From Candidatus Latescibacterota bacterium (GTDB lineage Bacteria > Latescibacterota > UBA2968 > UBA8231), in assembly GCA_965197905.1 (NCBI GenBank), contig CBDAOB010000005.1:2272001-2336000 (forward strand): a stretch of 64,000 bases of DNA, given 5' to 3'. Of this stretch, positions 43,296 to 53,574 are shown piece after piece. Each line of letters begins with the position of its first letter. Within the stretch, counting starts at the first letter, position 1. Below the pieces are notes generated by a model, which saw only the letters and a program-made list of their open reading frames with translations, made no database searches and was not told the origin of the DNA. The translations under genes and the position numbers were made by a program.

Positions 43296-43568
43296 ATGCT
43301 GCTAGTCACCTGTCCGAACTGCGGCGACCGCAACGCCACCGAGTTCCACTTCGGCGGGGAATACCATGCGCGCCCGCCCTCGGCGGAGGCCGAGCAGTGG
43401 ACCCGTTACCTCTACATGAAAAAAAATAGCGCCGAACGTCAGACCGAGTGGTGGTTCCATCGATCGGGGTGCGGCCTCTGGTTCCTCGTCGAGCGCAACA
43501 CTTCGACCAACCAGATCTTCAAGACCTATCGGTGGCAACCGAACGAAACCCAGAACGCCGATGAGTAG
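43296..43568 (+). CDS. soxD: Sarcosine oxidase delta / MgdB-like subunit
   Basis: CPNCGDR..EF, EWWFHRSGC Zn ligands, ERNT. Confidence 0.9.
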   Translation: MLLVTCPNCGDRNATEFHFGGEYHARPPSAEAEQWTRYLYMKKNSAERQTEWWFHRSGCGLWFLVERNTSTNQIFKTYRWQPNETQNADE

Positions 43569-46455
43569 CAACCACGACGCCATGAGCTACAGAGCCGATC
43601 ACGCCCCAGGAGAGCGGATTGACCGCGGTCGCACCCTGCGGTTTACGTTCGACGGAGAACCACGCCACGGGCATGCCGGTGACACCATTGGCTCCGCACT
43701 GGCGGCGGCGGGGACCACCGTTCTGAGCCGCTCGTTCAAATACCACCGTCCCCGCGGCCTTCTGTGCTGCAGCGGCGCCTGTCCCAACTGCCTGGTACGC
43801 GTGGGAAAGGAACCGAACGTGCGCGCCTGCCAACGGCGGCTCGAAGAAGGCATGCAGGTCCGTTCGCAAAACGCCTGGCCCTCTCTGAAGCGGGACCTGT
43901 TGTCCTGGTTCGGCAAAGCCGGACGTTTCATGCCGGTGGGATTCTACTACAAGACCTTCATCCGACCGGCGAGCATGTGGCCGTTTTTCGAGCGCGTCCT
44001 GCGCCGCGCCGCCGGCCTGGGAATGGTGGACGTCACCTCTCTTCCCGCGAGCTTCGACAAGGAGTACGTGCACGCCGAGGTGACGGTTGTGGGAGGGGGA
44101 CCGGCGGGTTTGACCGCGGCGCTTGCCGCCGCCGATGGCGGTGCAGCGACTCTGCTGTTGGACAACCAGGACGAGCTGGGCGGCCACCTGCGATACAGTC
44201 GGCCGGGTGGATCCGCGGCAGCGGAGCTGCGCCAGCGCGTAGCGGATCACACGGGTATCCGAGTTTTCACGCGAACCGAAGCGATCGGATGGTACCTGGG
44301 AAATTGGATCGCGGCCCAGCAAGAGAACAGGTTGCTGAAGATTCGCACCAGCGCCTTCGTTCTGGCTAGCGGCGTCCACGAGAATCTCCTGCTCTTCGAC
44401 AACAACGACCTTCCGGGGGTGATGCTGGGGAGCGGCGTGCAGAGACTGCTGCACCTCTACGGCGTAGCGCCCGCAACGAGAGTGTTGGTTGTCGCCGCCA
44501 ACGAAGATGGCTGGACTGTAGCGGCCGATCTGCGTCGGGCCGGCGTCGAGATCGTTGCCGTCGCCGACGAGCGCGAGACCGCTGAATCGCCCGCAGCCGC
44601 CACCCTCAAGGCAGAGGGGGTCCGCTGTCTGTTCCGACATACAATCGTGAGAGCCCACGGTGAGAACCGCGTCACCGGCGCTCAGATCGCGCGACTTGAC
44701 GTGGAAGGCAACGTCGACTTCAACGCCGTCTCCGAGCTCGGGTGTGATTCTATCGTTCTCAGTGTCGGCTGGACCCCGGCGCTCGAGCTGCTGCACATGG
44801 CGGGGGGTGCGACCAGTTACGACGAAAGGCGCTGTGAGTTTTCTATCTCCATGCAGCCACCTGGCGTCTTCGTTGCCGGGCGCGCCAATGGCGGCCACGA
44901 CCTCGACTGGCAGATGCAGGACGGCACCTACGCCGGGCGCGCCGCAGCCGCGTTCTGCGGGGCGTCCGGGGCGCTGCTGAGCGAAGTGCCGCCAAGACCG
45001 GCTGAACCCAGACGCACCTCCCCGCGAGTGATCATCCCCGGTGGCAAGAAACGTTTCCTATGTCTCTGCGAAGATGTGACCAATCATGACCTGGAAACGT
45101 CGTTGCAGGAAGGTTATGACAGCATCGAGCTGCTGAAACGGTACAGCACGATCTCGATGGGACCGTGCCAGGGAAAGATGTGCTCTGCCAATGCGATCCA
45201 CCTTTGTGCTCGGGTCTGCGGCCGCTCCGTGGCCGAGACCGGCCGCACGACGTCGCGGCCCCCGGTGTCACCGGTGAGTCTTGGGGTGCTGGCCGGCCAG
45301 AGAATGGAGCCGGTACGCCTGGGTGCCCTCCACGATTGGCACCTCCGACACGGCGCCAAAATGATGGTGGCGGGATCGTGGCTACGACCGGAACACTACG
45401 GTGCCCCAACTGCTGAAGTCTGCTCGGTGCGGCAAGGCGTGGGTTTGATCGACGTCAGCACCCTGGGAAAATACCGGCTCACCGGACCGGGAGTGCCGCG
45501 ATTTCTCGAGCGCGTCTATGTCAATCAGTGGCGTAAGCTCGAGGTGGACCGCGTGCGTTACGGGATCATGTGCAACGACGAGGGGGTGGTGATGGACGAC
45601 GGGGTGTGCGCCCGCGTCGATGAGGCAGAGTGGTATTTGAGCACCACCTCTTCAGGCGCCATTGGCGTGGAACAGTGGCTGCAGTGGTGGATACAATCCG
45701 GATGGGGTGAAGACGGGGTGCACCTGGTGGATCTCACCGATCAGTACTCCGCGTTCAATCTTGCCGGCCCACTCTCGCGTCAGGTTCTTCAACAGCTGAC
45801 GGCGGCCGACCTGAGCAACGAGAGCCTGCCTTACATGAGCACTCGGGAGATCGCAATCGACGGCATCTCGTGCCGTCTTCTGCGCATCGGATTCACCGGC
45901 GAGCTATCCTACGAGGTTCATTGTCCTTCCGGTTTTGCCCATCATCTTTGGAATGCCATCATGGAGGCAGGGGCCGACTGCTCGATCCGGCCCTTCGGCG
46001 TCGAAGCACAACGCATCTTGCGCTTGGAGAAGGGCCACGTCATCGTGGGCCAGGACACCGACGCTATCTCGGATCCTCTTTCCGCCAATATGGCCTGGGC
46101 CGTTAAACTCAAGAAACGGGATTTTCTGGGGAAGCAGGAGCTCGTCCGCATCGCGGCAGCGGGCACCCGGCAGCTCCTGGTCGGATTCAAGATGGATCGC
46201 AGTAGTTCGACACCCGACGAAGGCATGCAGATTGTCGAGCAGACCCGCTCGGGAGACTTGAAGATTCTGGGATGGGTGACCTCCAGCAGGTTCAGCCCTA
46301 CGCTGGGAGAATCGATCGGCCTGTGCTGGCTTCCCAGGGAGCGGGCAGAGCAGGAGGGCTCCCCCTTGGAGATATATATGGACGGCACCCTGGAAGGCGC
46401 CCGCGTCTTCCACGGGCCGTTCTACGATCCCGCAGGAGAGAAACTGCGCTCATGA
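43561..46455 (+). CDS. soxA: Sarcosine oxidase alpha / MgdC-like subunit
   Basis: GDTIGSAL, RSFKYHRPRG, GFYYKTF, GGGPAG, DVSTLGK, GFTGELSYE, FYDPAG. Confidence 0.92.
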   Translation: MSSNHDAMSYRADHAPGERIDRGRTLRFTFDGEPRHGHAGDTIGSALAAAGTTVLSRSFKYHRPRGLLCCSGACPNCLVRVGKEPNVRACQRRLEEGMQVRSQNAWPSLKRDLLSWFGKAGRFMPVGFYYKTFIRPASMWPFFERVLRRAAGLGMVDVTSLPASFDKEYVHAEVTVVGGGPAGLTAALAAADGGAATLLLDNQDELGGHLRYSRPGGSAAAELRQRVADHTGIRVFTRTEAIGWYLGNWIAAQQENRLLKIRTSAFVLASGVHENLLLFDNNDLPGVMLGSGVQRLLHLYGVAPATRVLVVAANEDGWTVAADLRRAGVEIVAVADERETAESPAAATLKAEGVRCLFRHTIVRAHGENRVTGAQIARLDVEGNVDFNAVSELGCDSIVLSVGWTPALELLHMAGGATSYDERRCEFSISMQPPGVFVAGRANGGHDLDWQMQDGTYAGRAAAAFCGASGALLSEVPPRPAEPRRTSPRVIIPGGKKRFLCLCEDVTNHDLETSLQEGYDSIELLKRYSTISMGPCQGKMCSANAIHLCARVCGRSVAETGRTTSRPPVSPVSLGVLAGQRMEPVRLGALHDWHLRHGAKMMVAGSWLRPEHYGAPTAEVCSVRQGVGLIDVSTLGKYRLTGPGVPRFLERVYVNQWRKLEVDRVRYGIMCNDEGVVMDDGVCARVDEAEWYLSTTSSGAIGVEQWLQWWIQSGWGEDGVHLVDLTDQYSAFNLAGPLSRQVLQQLTAADLSNESLPYMSTREIAIDGISCRLLRIGFTGELSYEVHCPSGFAHHLWNAIMEAGADCSIRPFGVEAQRILRLEKGHVIVGQDTDAISDPLSANMAWAVKLKKRDFLGKQELVRIAAAGTRQLLVGFKMDRSSSTPDEGMQIVEQTRSGDLKILGWVTSSRFSPTLGESIGLCWLPRERAEQEGSPLEIYMDGTLEGARVFHGPFYDPAGEKLRS

Positions 46456-47171
46456 ACCTTCAAGGGAGAAGCCCCGTGGAAGCGGCTGCGACCGCAAGCG
46501 GCGCACGTTTCATGGAAACCGGCGAATGGCGAATCCCCGCTTCGTTTAGCTCCGCGAAGCACGAGGCTGAAGCTGCCCGAACAATGCTGGCACTCTTCGA
46601 CTCGAGCGCCCGTGGCAAACTCGAGATACTGGGCGCGGACGCGGATGGGTTCCTGCAGGATTCGCTGGGATCCGGCCCCCTTGAGATCGGTTGTGGACAT
46701 GCGGTATCTTGGGGTCATCTCTATCGCTTGCGCCAGGATCTCTATTTCGGGACCACTCGTGGAAGTGCGACGGAAATCGTGAACGAGTTGCATGCGGCAG
46801 CACATCGCGGCCAATGGTTTGTTACGCTCACCGAAGTCACCCATGGGCGTTCCGAGCTCTGGCTCGTCGGACCCCAGAGTCGATCCATGATGGCCAAGGT
46901 TTGTGCGCTCGACCTGCAGCCTTCCGCCTTTCCCGATGGTGCAGCCGCTTTTGGAAGCGTCGCAAAAACGACCCAGCTGATCTTGCGCAAGGATGTTGCC
47001 GGCCTATTGTGTTTCGCTTTGATCGGACCCCGTTCGCTCGGCGACTATCTGTGGAAGGTTTTGTTGGAAGCGGGGGAAGAATGGCGGGTAACGCCGGCGG
47101 GAGGACACGCACTGGAGATACTCGAATCGCGTCGACAACCAAGAGGAGACAGATATTATGACCTTGAGTGA
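46452..47171 (+). CDS. soxG: Sarcosine oxidase gamma / MgdD-like (GcvT-fold) subunit
   Basis: Overlaps the soxA stop; KVCALDL...F, RSLGDYLW..L.EAG. Confidence 0.8.
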   Translation: MNLQGRSPVEAAATASGARFMETGEWRIPASFSSAKHEAEAARTMLALFDSSARGKLEILGADADGFLQDSLGSGPLEIGCGHAVSWGHLYRLRQDLYFGTTRGSATEIVNELHAAAHRGQWFVTLTEVTHGRSELWLVGPQSRSMMAKVCALDLQPSAFPDGAAAFGSVAKTTQLILRKDVAGLLCFALIGPRSLGDYLWKVLLEAGEEWRVTPAGGHALEILESRRQPRGDRYYDLE

Positions 47172-48492
47172 CGTCAAGAAACTGGTGAAAGACGAAGGCA
47201 TTGAGTTTTTCCTCTGTTCGTTCGTGGAGATGGGTGGCTTACCCAAAGCCAAACTCGTACCCGCGACCCATCTGGACGACATGGCGGCAGAGGGAGCGGG
47301 GTTTGCCGGTTTTGCCACTGGCGAAATGGGTCAAGGTCCACACGATCCGGAGATGGCTGTTATTCCCGACTTTGACTCAGTGTCGGTTGTGCCGTGGCGC
47401 AAAAACATGGCCTGGGTGGCGGGAAACGCCCTGGTGGAAGGCGAGGCATTCGATTACTGTCCGCGCACGATTCTGCAGCGACAGATCGATCGGGCGAAAT
47501 CCCGCGGCTTTCGTTTCAACGTGGGGGTGGAAGCGGAATTCATGCTACTGAAGCGTGCCGAGGATGGCACTCACGTTCCCTACGATCCGCTCGATGTATT
47601 GGACAAACCGTGCTACGATCTGGTCACCCTGCACCGCAACCTCGACCTGATGACCACACTGATCGGCTACATGCAAGAACTCGGGTGGGGGCCGTACGCC
47701 AACGATCACGAGGATGCCAACTGCCAATTCGAGATCAACTGGGAGTTCTCTGACGCCATCGCGACCGCCGACCGCCACACCTTCTTCCGTTGGATGGTCA
47801 AAACCGCCGCCGAAGACCAGGGCATCCTAGCCACCTTCATGCCCAAACCGTTCAGCCACCTCACCGGTAGCGGCGCGCACTTTCACATGAGCCTATGGGA
47901 CGAGAAAAACAGTACCAATCTGTTTCTGGACGAAAGCGACGAGCAGGGTCTGTCCCAGGAAGCCTACTGGTTTATGGGCGGCTTGTTGCATCACGCCAAG
48001 GCATTGATCGCCGTAAACGGTCCGATTGTGAATAGCTACAAACGGTTGACTCGGGGTGCGCCGAGGTCGGGCGCCTCCTGGGCGCCGGTCTACATCACCT
48101 ACGGAGCTTCGAACCGGACGCAGATGATTCGCATTCCAGCTCCGGGACGCATCGAAAATCGCGCTGTTGACGGTTCCGCCAATCCGTATCTCTCGTGCGC
48201 CGCCATGTTGGCCGCCGGGTTGGACGGTATCGAAAACAAGATCGATCCAGGAACCCGCAACAGCGACAACCTCTACGAGGTGGAAGAAGAGGAACTGACG
48301 AGGCGGGGCATCGATTTCCTACCGTCGACCTTGAAGGAGGCGATCGAACATTTCGCTGCGAACGAGGTGATGAAACAGGCGTTCGGCCCCGAGTACGCGG
48401 ATTATTACGTGCAGGTGAAGCAGAATGAATGGCAGCAGTACCATCAGATCGTCGACCAATGGGAAAGGGACCGCTACTTGCCTGTCTACTAG
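47158..48492 (+). CDS. gmaS: GlnT-type glutamine synthetase homolog / gamma-glutamylmethylamide synthetase
   Basis: KAKLVPA, GAGFAGFA, NDHEDANCQFEINW, TFMPKPF, NSYKRL, NRTQMIR. Confidence 0.85.
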   Translation: MTLSDVKKLVKDEGIEFFLCSFVEMGGLPKAKLVPATHLDDMAAEGAGFAGFATGEMGQGPHDPEMAVIPDFDSVSVVPWRKNMAWVAGNALVEGEAFDYCPRTILQRQIDRAKSRGFRFNVGVEAEFMLLKRAEDGTHVPYDPLDVLDKPCYDLVTLHRNLDLMTTLIGYMQELGWGPYANDHEDANCQFEINWEFSDAIATADRHTFFRWMVKTAAEDQGILATFMPKPFSHLTGSGAHFHMSLWDEKNSTNLFLDESDEQGLSQEAYWFMGGLLHHAKALIAVNGPIVNSYKRLTRGAPRSGASWAPVYITYGASNRTQMIRIPAPGRIENRAVDGSANPYLSCAAMLAAGLDGIENKIDPGTRNSDNLYEVEEEELTRRGIDFLPSTLKEAIEHFAANEVMKQAFGPEYADYYVQVKQNEWQQYHQIVDQWERDRYLPVY

Positions 48493-48522
48493 ACAGACGA
48501 TGCGCAGACAACGAGCGATACC

Positions 48523-50775
48523 ATGGCTTCGCCCCATCTGACAAGCTCAAGTGCGCCCGCGGATCTTTTCGACGCCAGCGAGAAGGACCGGTCGGAACGC
48601 GACGCCCCGTTGGCGGCGCGTATGCGCCCACGGACCCTCGATGAGTTTCTGGGTCAGGGACACATACTCGGAGAAGGCCGTCTGCTGCGCCGTGCCATAC
48701 AGGCCGATCAGCTTTCTTCCCTCTTGTTCTATGGGCCACCGGGCACTGGCAAGACTACGTTGGCGGCGGTCATCGCAAATACTACCAGCTCCCACTTCAT
48801 ATCTCTCAACGCGGTTTTGGCCGGCGTCGGCGACATTAGAAAAGCGGTAGAGGATGCGCAGGAGCGCCACAAGTTTCACAGCCAACGCACCATCCTCTTC
48901 GTCGACGAAGTGCACCGTTTCAACAAAGCCCAACAAGACGCACTTTTGCCCTGGGTGGAGAATGGCACCGTAATCCTCATCGGTGCCACTACCGAGAATC
49001 CCTACTTCTCGGTGAATCGACCGCTCCTATCCCGCAGCCGAATCTTCCAGCTGGAATCGTTGGAGGCAACGGATCTCCGACGAGTCGCGCTCCAAGCCCT
49101 CAAGGATGAGCGGGGGTTTTCCCATCTTCCGGTAGAGGTGGAGGAAGTGGCTCTGAACCATCTCGTCGACGTCTCCAATGGCGACGCACGCGCCTTGCTC
49201 AATGCTCTGGAGCTGGCCGTGGAAACGACACCTCCAGACCGCGACGGCAAGATTCTGGTCGACCTGGAGGTCGCCGAGGAGTCGATCCAACGGCGGGCCG
49301 TTCTCTACGACAAGGAAGGGGACTACCACTTTGACACCATAAGCGCCTTCATCAAGTCGATGCGGGGCTCGGATCCGGATGCAACGATGTACTGGCTGGC
49401 GAGAATGGTGTATGCCGGCGAGGATCCCCACTTCCTGTTGCGGAGAATGATCATCTTCGCAGGTGAGGACATCGGTCTTGCTGATCCGAACGCTCTATCC
49501 GTGGCGGTGGCGGCGGCGCAAGCCTTCGACCGGGTCGGTTTGCCCGAAGGACGTTTTCACCTGGCGGAAGCGGCACTGTATCTTGCGACGGCCGCCAAAA
49601 GCAACTCGGTGTTTGCGTTCTTCGACGCCCTTGCCAGCGTCGAGGCCGAAAAGGATTCCGAGATTCCAAACCATTTGAAAGACGCCAACCGGGACGCCGA
49701 GGGTTTTGGCCACGGGGCAAACTACCTCTACCCCCATGCCTATCGGGATCATTGGGTTGAACAGCAGTACTTGCCGCAAGGGCTGGCCGGACGGGTTTTT
49801 TACGAACCTTCCGATCAAGGTCATGAAGCGCTCATCCGTGACCAGGTGCAGCGCCGTCGGGAATTGCAGTTGGCGGCGATGGTGGAAGCACACCACGCAC
49901 CCTCGGAGATTCTCACCCATACACCCAAGGACCGCTCCCGAGATCAGTGGCTCAAACGTATCGCCGATGACACCGGCGCCCATCTTGCGGCGGTGCGCGA
50001 TCAGCTGTTTCGGAACCTAGATATTCAACGGCATGATCTGATTATCGACTTGAACGCCGGCACCGGCCTGCTCACCTGGGAGGCACTGCGCAAGGCACCC
50101 GAAGGGGGCGTCTGGTCGGTATGTGCGGAGCGGACGGTCGCCGTCGCCCTGCACGAGCTTTCCGCCCGCCTTCCCGAAGTCGAACGACCCAATATCATCC
50201 AATGCGGTCTGCCGGATCTGAAGAAGACGCTGGAAGATCGAGGAGAAACAGTCGTCTTCGATTTCGCAGTAGGTCGAAATTCCCTGGGCGGTTTGAGCTC
50301 GAAAGGCCAGGTCGTGGCCGATCTGGCCGCCTTGCTGGCTGCCAAGGCCAGGGTGAGCATCTTCGAGCAGGTGCAACGCCGTGCCCAGCGCCTATGCGAA
50401 TTGGTAGATCTCGAGGATGGCGATCTCCAGGACCGGGTCAGCAAGGCGGAAGAAGCGATCTATGCTTCCACGGAAAACCCCCACGTCGGTTGGGACGCCG
50501 AGGATTTGGAAGCGCTTTTCGCCGGGGCCGGTTTCGCGGAGTTGGAGGTCCGCCCGGAGGAGCTGCGCGCGGCCAGACGCATCACTGCGCAACAGATCGG
50601 CCAATGGTTCAGTGCCGGCGGCGATAAGAATCCCACTTACGCATGGCACCTGAGTCGCAACCTCGGTCAGACGGAAGTCGATTACGTCCGTCGTCGGTTC
50701 GAACGCCAGCTGGGAAACAAGGATGTAGAATGGAAGGTTTCGCACCTTTATTTGTGCGCTCGAAAAGGCGGCTGA
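48523..50775 (+). CDS. rarA: Replication-associated recombination protein RarA with C-terminal methyltransferase-like extension
   Basis: [56 protein letters not shown]; tail DLNAGTG. Confidence 0.93.
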   Translation: MASPHLTSSSAPADLFDASEKDRSERDAPLAARMRPRTLDEFLGQGHILGEGRLLRRAIQADQLSSLLFYGPPGTGKTTLAAVIANTTSSHFISLNAVLAGVGDIRKAVEDAQERHKFHSQRTILFVDEVHRFNKAQQDALLPWVENGTVILIGATTENPYFSVNRPLLSRSRIFQLESLEATDLRRVALQALKDERGFSHLPVEVEEVALNHLVDVSNGDARALLNALELAVETTPPDRDGKILVDLEVAEESIQRRAVLYDKEGDYHFDTISAFIKSMRGSDPDATMYWLARMVYAGEDPHFLLRRMIIFAGEDIGLADPNALSVAVAAAQAFDRVGLPEGRFHLAEAALYLATAAKSNSVFAFFDALASVEAEKDSEIPNHLKDANRDAEGFGHGANYLYPHAYRDHWVEQQYLPQGLAGRVFYEPSDQGHEALIRDQVQRRRELQLAAMVEAHHAPSEILTHTPKDRSRDQWLKRIADDTGAHLAAVRDQLFRNLDIQRHDLIIDLNAGTGLLTWEALRKAPEGGVWSVCAERTVAVALHELSARLPEVERPNIIQCGLPDLKKTLEDRGETVVFDFAVGRNSLGGLSSKGQVVADLAALLAAKARVSIFEQVQRRAQRLCELVDLEDGDLQDRVSKAEEAIYASTENPHVGWDAEDLEALFAGAGFAELEVRPEELRAARRITAQQIGQWFSAGGDKNPTYAWHLSRNLGQTEVDYVRRRFERQLGNKDVEWKVSHLYLCARKGG

Positions 50776-50882
50776 TTTTGGCGGCCCCAAGCGGTTTGAT
50801 TTATGCTAATCCACCTGTTACATTACGGGCGCCAATGCGTTACACGGCTTGGTGTTGGTTAATCTCACGAATTGAAAAACTG

Positions 50883-52145
50883 ATGAAGCTGACCTCTTCT
50901 CCGCTGCAAATTGTCTGTTTACTCGTCTTCTGCTGGTCGTTTCTAGGCTGCAGCACCACCGAACAACAGGTAGATGAGCTGCTCGACACCCTCGCGGGAA
51001 ACGAGATCGAATCCGCAGAGTGGAACCGCGCCGTGGACGGCTTAGTGGAAATCGGCCGTCCGGCGGCGCGCCAGCTCTCGGCTCATCTGGACCCGGCGTT
51101 GTACGTCGGCGAAAACTACCGCGAACACCGCCTCGAGATCGAGAAGATTCGCACGGGTTGCGCCCGCGCCCTTGGACGGATAAAACCTCGAGCTGCCGGC
51201 CCCAAGCTGGCAGCCTGCATCACCAAGACGTTTACGAATCGCGAACGTATGGCCTGCCTTTGGGGTGTCGGGGAGATCGGTTTCGATCAGGCCAGTGTAG
51301 ATGCCTTGAAAAAGGAGTTGAAGCGGAAGGAGACGGTGCCTGCCGAGGTGGCCGCAGAGGACCCGATGATTCGGGTTCAGCTGGCGATTTCCATGATAAA
51401 GATGGATGACTACCTGGGCGTCGACGAGATCCACGCCGCCGTCTCCGGCGCCAACGAGGAGCTGGCCCGAAAGGCGCTCAACGGGTTGGCCGATGCGAAT
51501 TACTTCGGCGTGCCGTTGCTGGTGGAGCTCTCAGGCCTGTATGAGTCGAGACGGCCACAGATCACCGCCGCCCTCGACCAGGTGGAGAGCCAGTTGATCG
51601 CCCAATTGGAGGCGGAAGAGCCGGAGATTCGCTTTCAGTCGGCACGGGCCCTTGGTAAAATCGGCGACAAGGCGGCTGGCGCCGATCTCATCTCGGTCCT
51701 GGACGACCCCAGCAATCTTGTTCGCTTTAACGCGGCAGCTGCATTGGCGAACATGGGAGATGGAACCGGCGTTCGATTTCTTTTCGAGTCACTGCGCAAT
51801 GACGACCCGACACTGCGCCTGAATGCCGTCCGTTTCCTGACAGAGGTTCAGCGGCAAACGGGTGCGGTCGAGAAAGATCTGATCGAGGCCCTAGCCGGCG
51901 GCGATCCTCTTTCGCGCTCGGGAGCGGCCCAGGTACTCGGTCAGGCCGAGGTTGGCGCCTCGGTTCCGGCGCTGCTGGGAGCAACCGAGAGCGAGAATCC
52001 GGAGGTTCGCTGGAACGCGGCCATCGCCCTTGGTCAAATAGGCGAAACGGCGAGCCGCGGCCGGCTCGAGCAGCTGCTTCGAGACAGCGACGCTACAGTG
52101 GCCTACTACGCTCAGTGGGCCCTGAATCAATTGGGCCCGATCTGA
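50883..52145 (+). CDS. HEAT-repeat lipoprotein
   Basis: Lipobox FLGC; repeated VRxNAAxALG units. Confidence 0.85.
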   Translation: MKLTSSPLQIVCLLVFCWSFLGCSTTEQQVDELLDTLAGNEIESAEWNRAVDGLVEIGRPAARQLSAHLDPALYVGENYREHRLEIEKIRTGCARALGRIKPRAAGPKLAACITKTFTNRERMACLWGVGEIGFDQASVDALKKELKRKETVPAEVAAEDPMIRVQLAISMIKMDDYLGVDEIHAAVSGANEELARKALNGLADANYFGVPLLVELSGLYESRRPQITAALDQVESQLIAQLEAEEPEIRFQSARALGKIGDKAAGADLISVLDDPSNLVRFNAAAALANMGDGTGVRFLFESLRNDDPTLRLNAVRFLTEVQRQTGAVEKDLIEALAGGDPLSRSGAAQVLGQAEVGASVPALLGATESENPEVRWNAAIALGQIGETASRGRLEQLLRDSDATVAYYAQWALNQLGPI

Positions 52146-52329
52146 CCGGCTACCGTCAAATTCCCCGCCTAAACGCTATCCGGTTGCAACCCTGCGTGGC
52201 CGGCCCGACAAAATCATTCTACGCCGGCCGGCGCACGGAGGCAGATCTCCGACGAATCTCGAAGGCATCTAGAGTCGATCCCCTATGACCTACCCTATGC
52301 ACAATCCCGACTAACCGAACGAGAGGATC

Positions 52330-53571
52330 ATGTCCGAGCATATCAACAACTACGAGAATACGAATCGGCTGTTCGACAAGGCGGCTGACGCCCTCGACCT
52401 CAGCGACGAAATGCGCCTGCTCCTGAAGACACCCTTCCGCGAGATCCGCGTCGAGGTGCCCATCAAAATGGATACCAGAGACACGAAGGTTTTTGTCGGA
52501 TATAGGGTGCAGCACAACGGCTCGCGCGGTCCCATGAAGGGCGGCTTGCGCTACCATCCTGAGGTCGACTTCGACGAGGTGCGCTCGCTCGCCTCCCTCA
52601 TGACGTGGAAAACCGCGCTGGTGGATGTACCCTTCGGCGGCGCCAAGGGAGGCATTACGTGCGACCCACAAGAGATGAGTCTGGGGGAAGTAGAACGCCT
52701 GACGCGAAAGTTCACATCGCGCATCGGGTTCTGCTTCGGTCTGCAACGAGACATTCCTGCTCCGGACGTAAATACCAACGCCCAGATCATGGCCTGGATA
52801 ATGGACCAGTACGGAGCCCGGTATGGGCATACCCCGGGAATCGTTACGGGCAAGCCGCTTTCACTGGGAGGATCCCCTGGCCGGGAAGCTGCGACCGGGA
52901 GAGGAGTGAGTATCATCACCCTGGAAGCCGCCCGCGACGCGGGCGTCGAAATCGAGGGCGCACGCGTGGTCATACAGGGTTTCGGCAACGTGGGTTCCTA
53001 CACGGGTAAGTTCCTGCACGAGAAGGGAGCTAAAATCGTCGCCGTCAGCGATGCTTCCGGTGCCCTCTACGCGGAGGGTGGTCTACCGATCCCGGAACTC
53101 TTCGACCACGCCTACGAGCACCGGACCATAGATGGATTTGGGGGCGACAGCATCTCCAACGAGGAGCTTATCGAATTGGAGTGCGATATCCTCATCCCCG
53201 CCGCCTTGGGCGGCGTCATCACCCGCGAAAACGCCGACAACATAAAAACGCGTATGGTCGTTGAGGCGGCCAACTCGCCCGTCACCACCATCGCCGACGC
53301 CAAGTTGAATGACCGCGGAGTCCTCGTGGTGCCCGACATACTGGCCAACGCCGGCGGCGTTACCGTTTCCTACTTCGAGTGGGTGCAGAACATTCAGGTG
53401 TTCCGCTGGAACGAGGAGGAGGTCAATTCCCGCCTGTTCGAAATCATGACCACGGCGTACAGACAGGTGGCCGAGCAGATGAAGAGTCGGAACGTCAACA
53501 TGCGCACAGGTGCTTTTGCGATTGCCATCGACCGTGTCGCCGAGGCCGAACGGGTGCGAGGTGGCATCTAG
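52330..53571 (+). CDS. gdhA: Glu/Leu/Phe/Val dehydrogenase (glutamate dehydrogenase)
   Basis: GYRVQHN, KGGLRY, PFGGAKGG, DIPAPD, QGFGNVG, NAGGVTVSYFEWVQN. Confidence 0.93.
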   Translation: MSEHINNYENTNRLFDKAADALDLSDEMRLLLKTPFREIRVEVPIKMDTRDTKVFVGYRVQHNGSRGPMKGGLRYHPEVDFDEVRSLASLMTWKTALVDVPFGGAKGGITCDPQEMSLGEVERLTRKFTSRIGFCFGLQRDIPAPDVNTNAQIMAWIMDQYGARYGHTPGIVTGKPLSLGGSPGREAATGRGVSIITLEAARDAGVEIEGARVVIQGFGNVGSYTGKFLHEKGAKIVAVSDASGALYAEGGLPIPELFDHAYEHRTIDGFGGDSISNEELIELECDILIPAALGGVITRENADNIKTRMVVEAANSPVTTIADAKLNDRGVLVVPDILANAGGVTVSYFEWVQNIQVFRWNEEEVNSRLFEIMTTAYRQVAEQMKSRNVNMRTGAFAIAIDRVAEAERVRGGI

Positions 53572-53574
53572 TCG

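Noticed and set aside
40567..46455. aroA plus sarcosine oxidase as a glyphosate resistance/degradation locus
   Set aside because: No C-P lyase (phn) genes are present, and the gmaS linkage explains the sox-like genes better
48523..50775. rarA (alias mgsA) as the missing N-methylglutamate synthase subunit MgsA
   Set aside because: Name coincidence only; the protein is an AAA+ ATPase
52146..52329. Riboswitch upstream of gdhA
   Set aside because: GC-rich pairing is possible but no known aptamer consensus was recognisable; a covariance-model search would be needed
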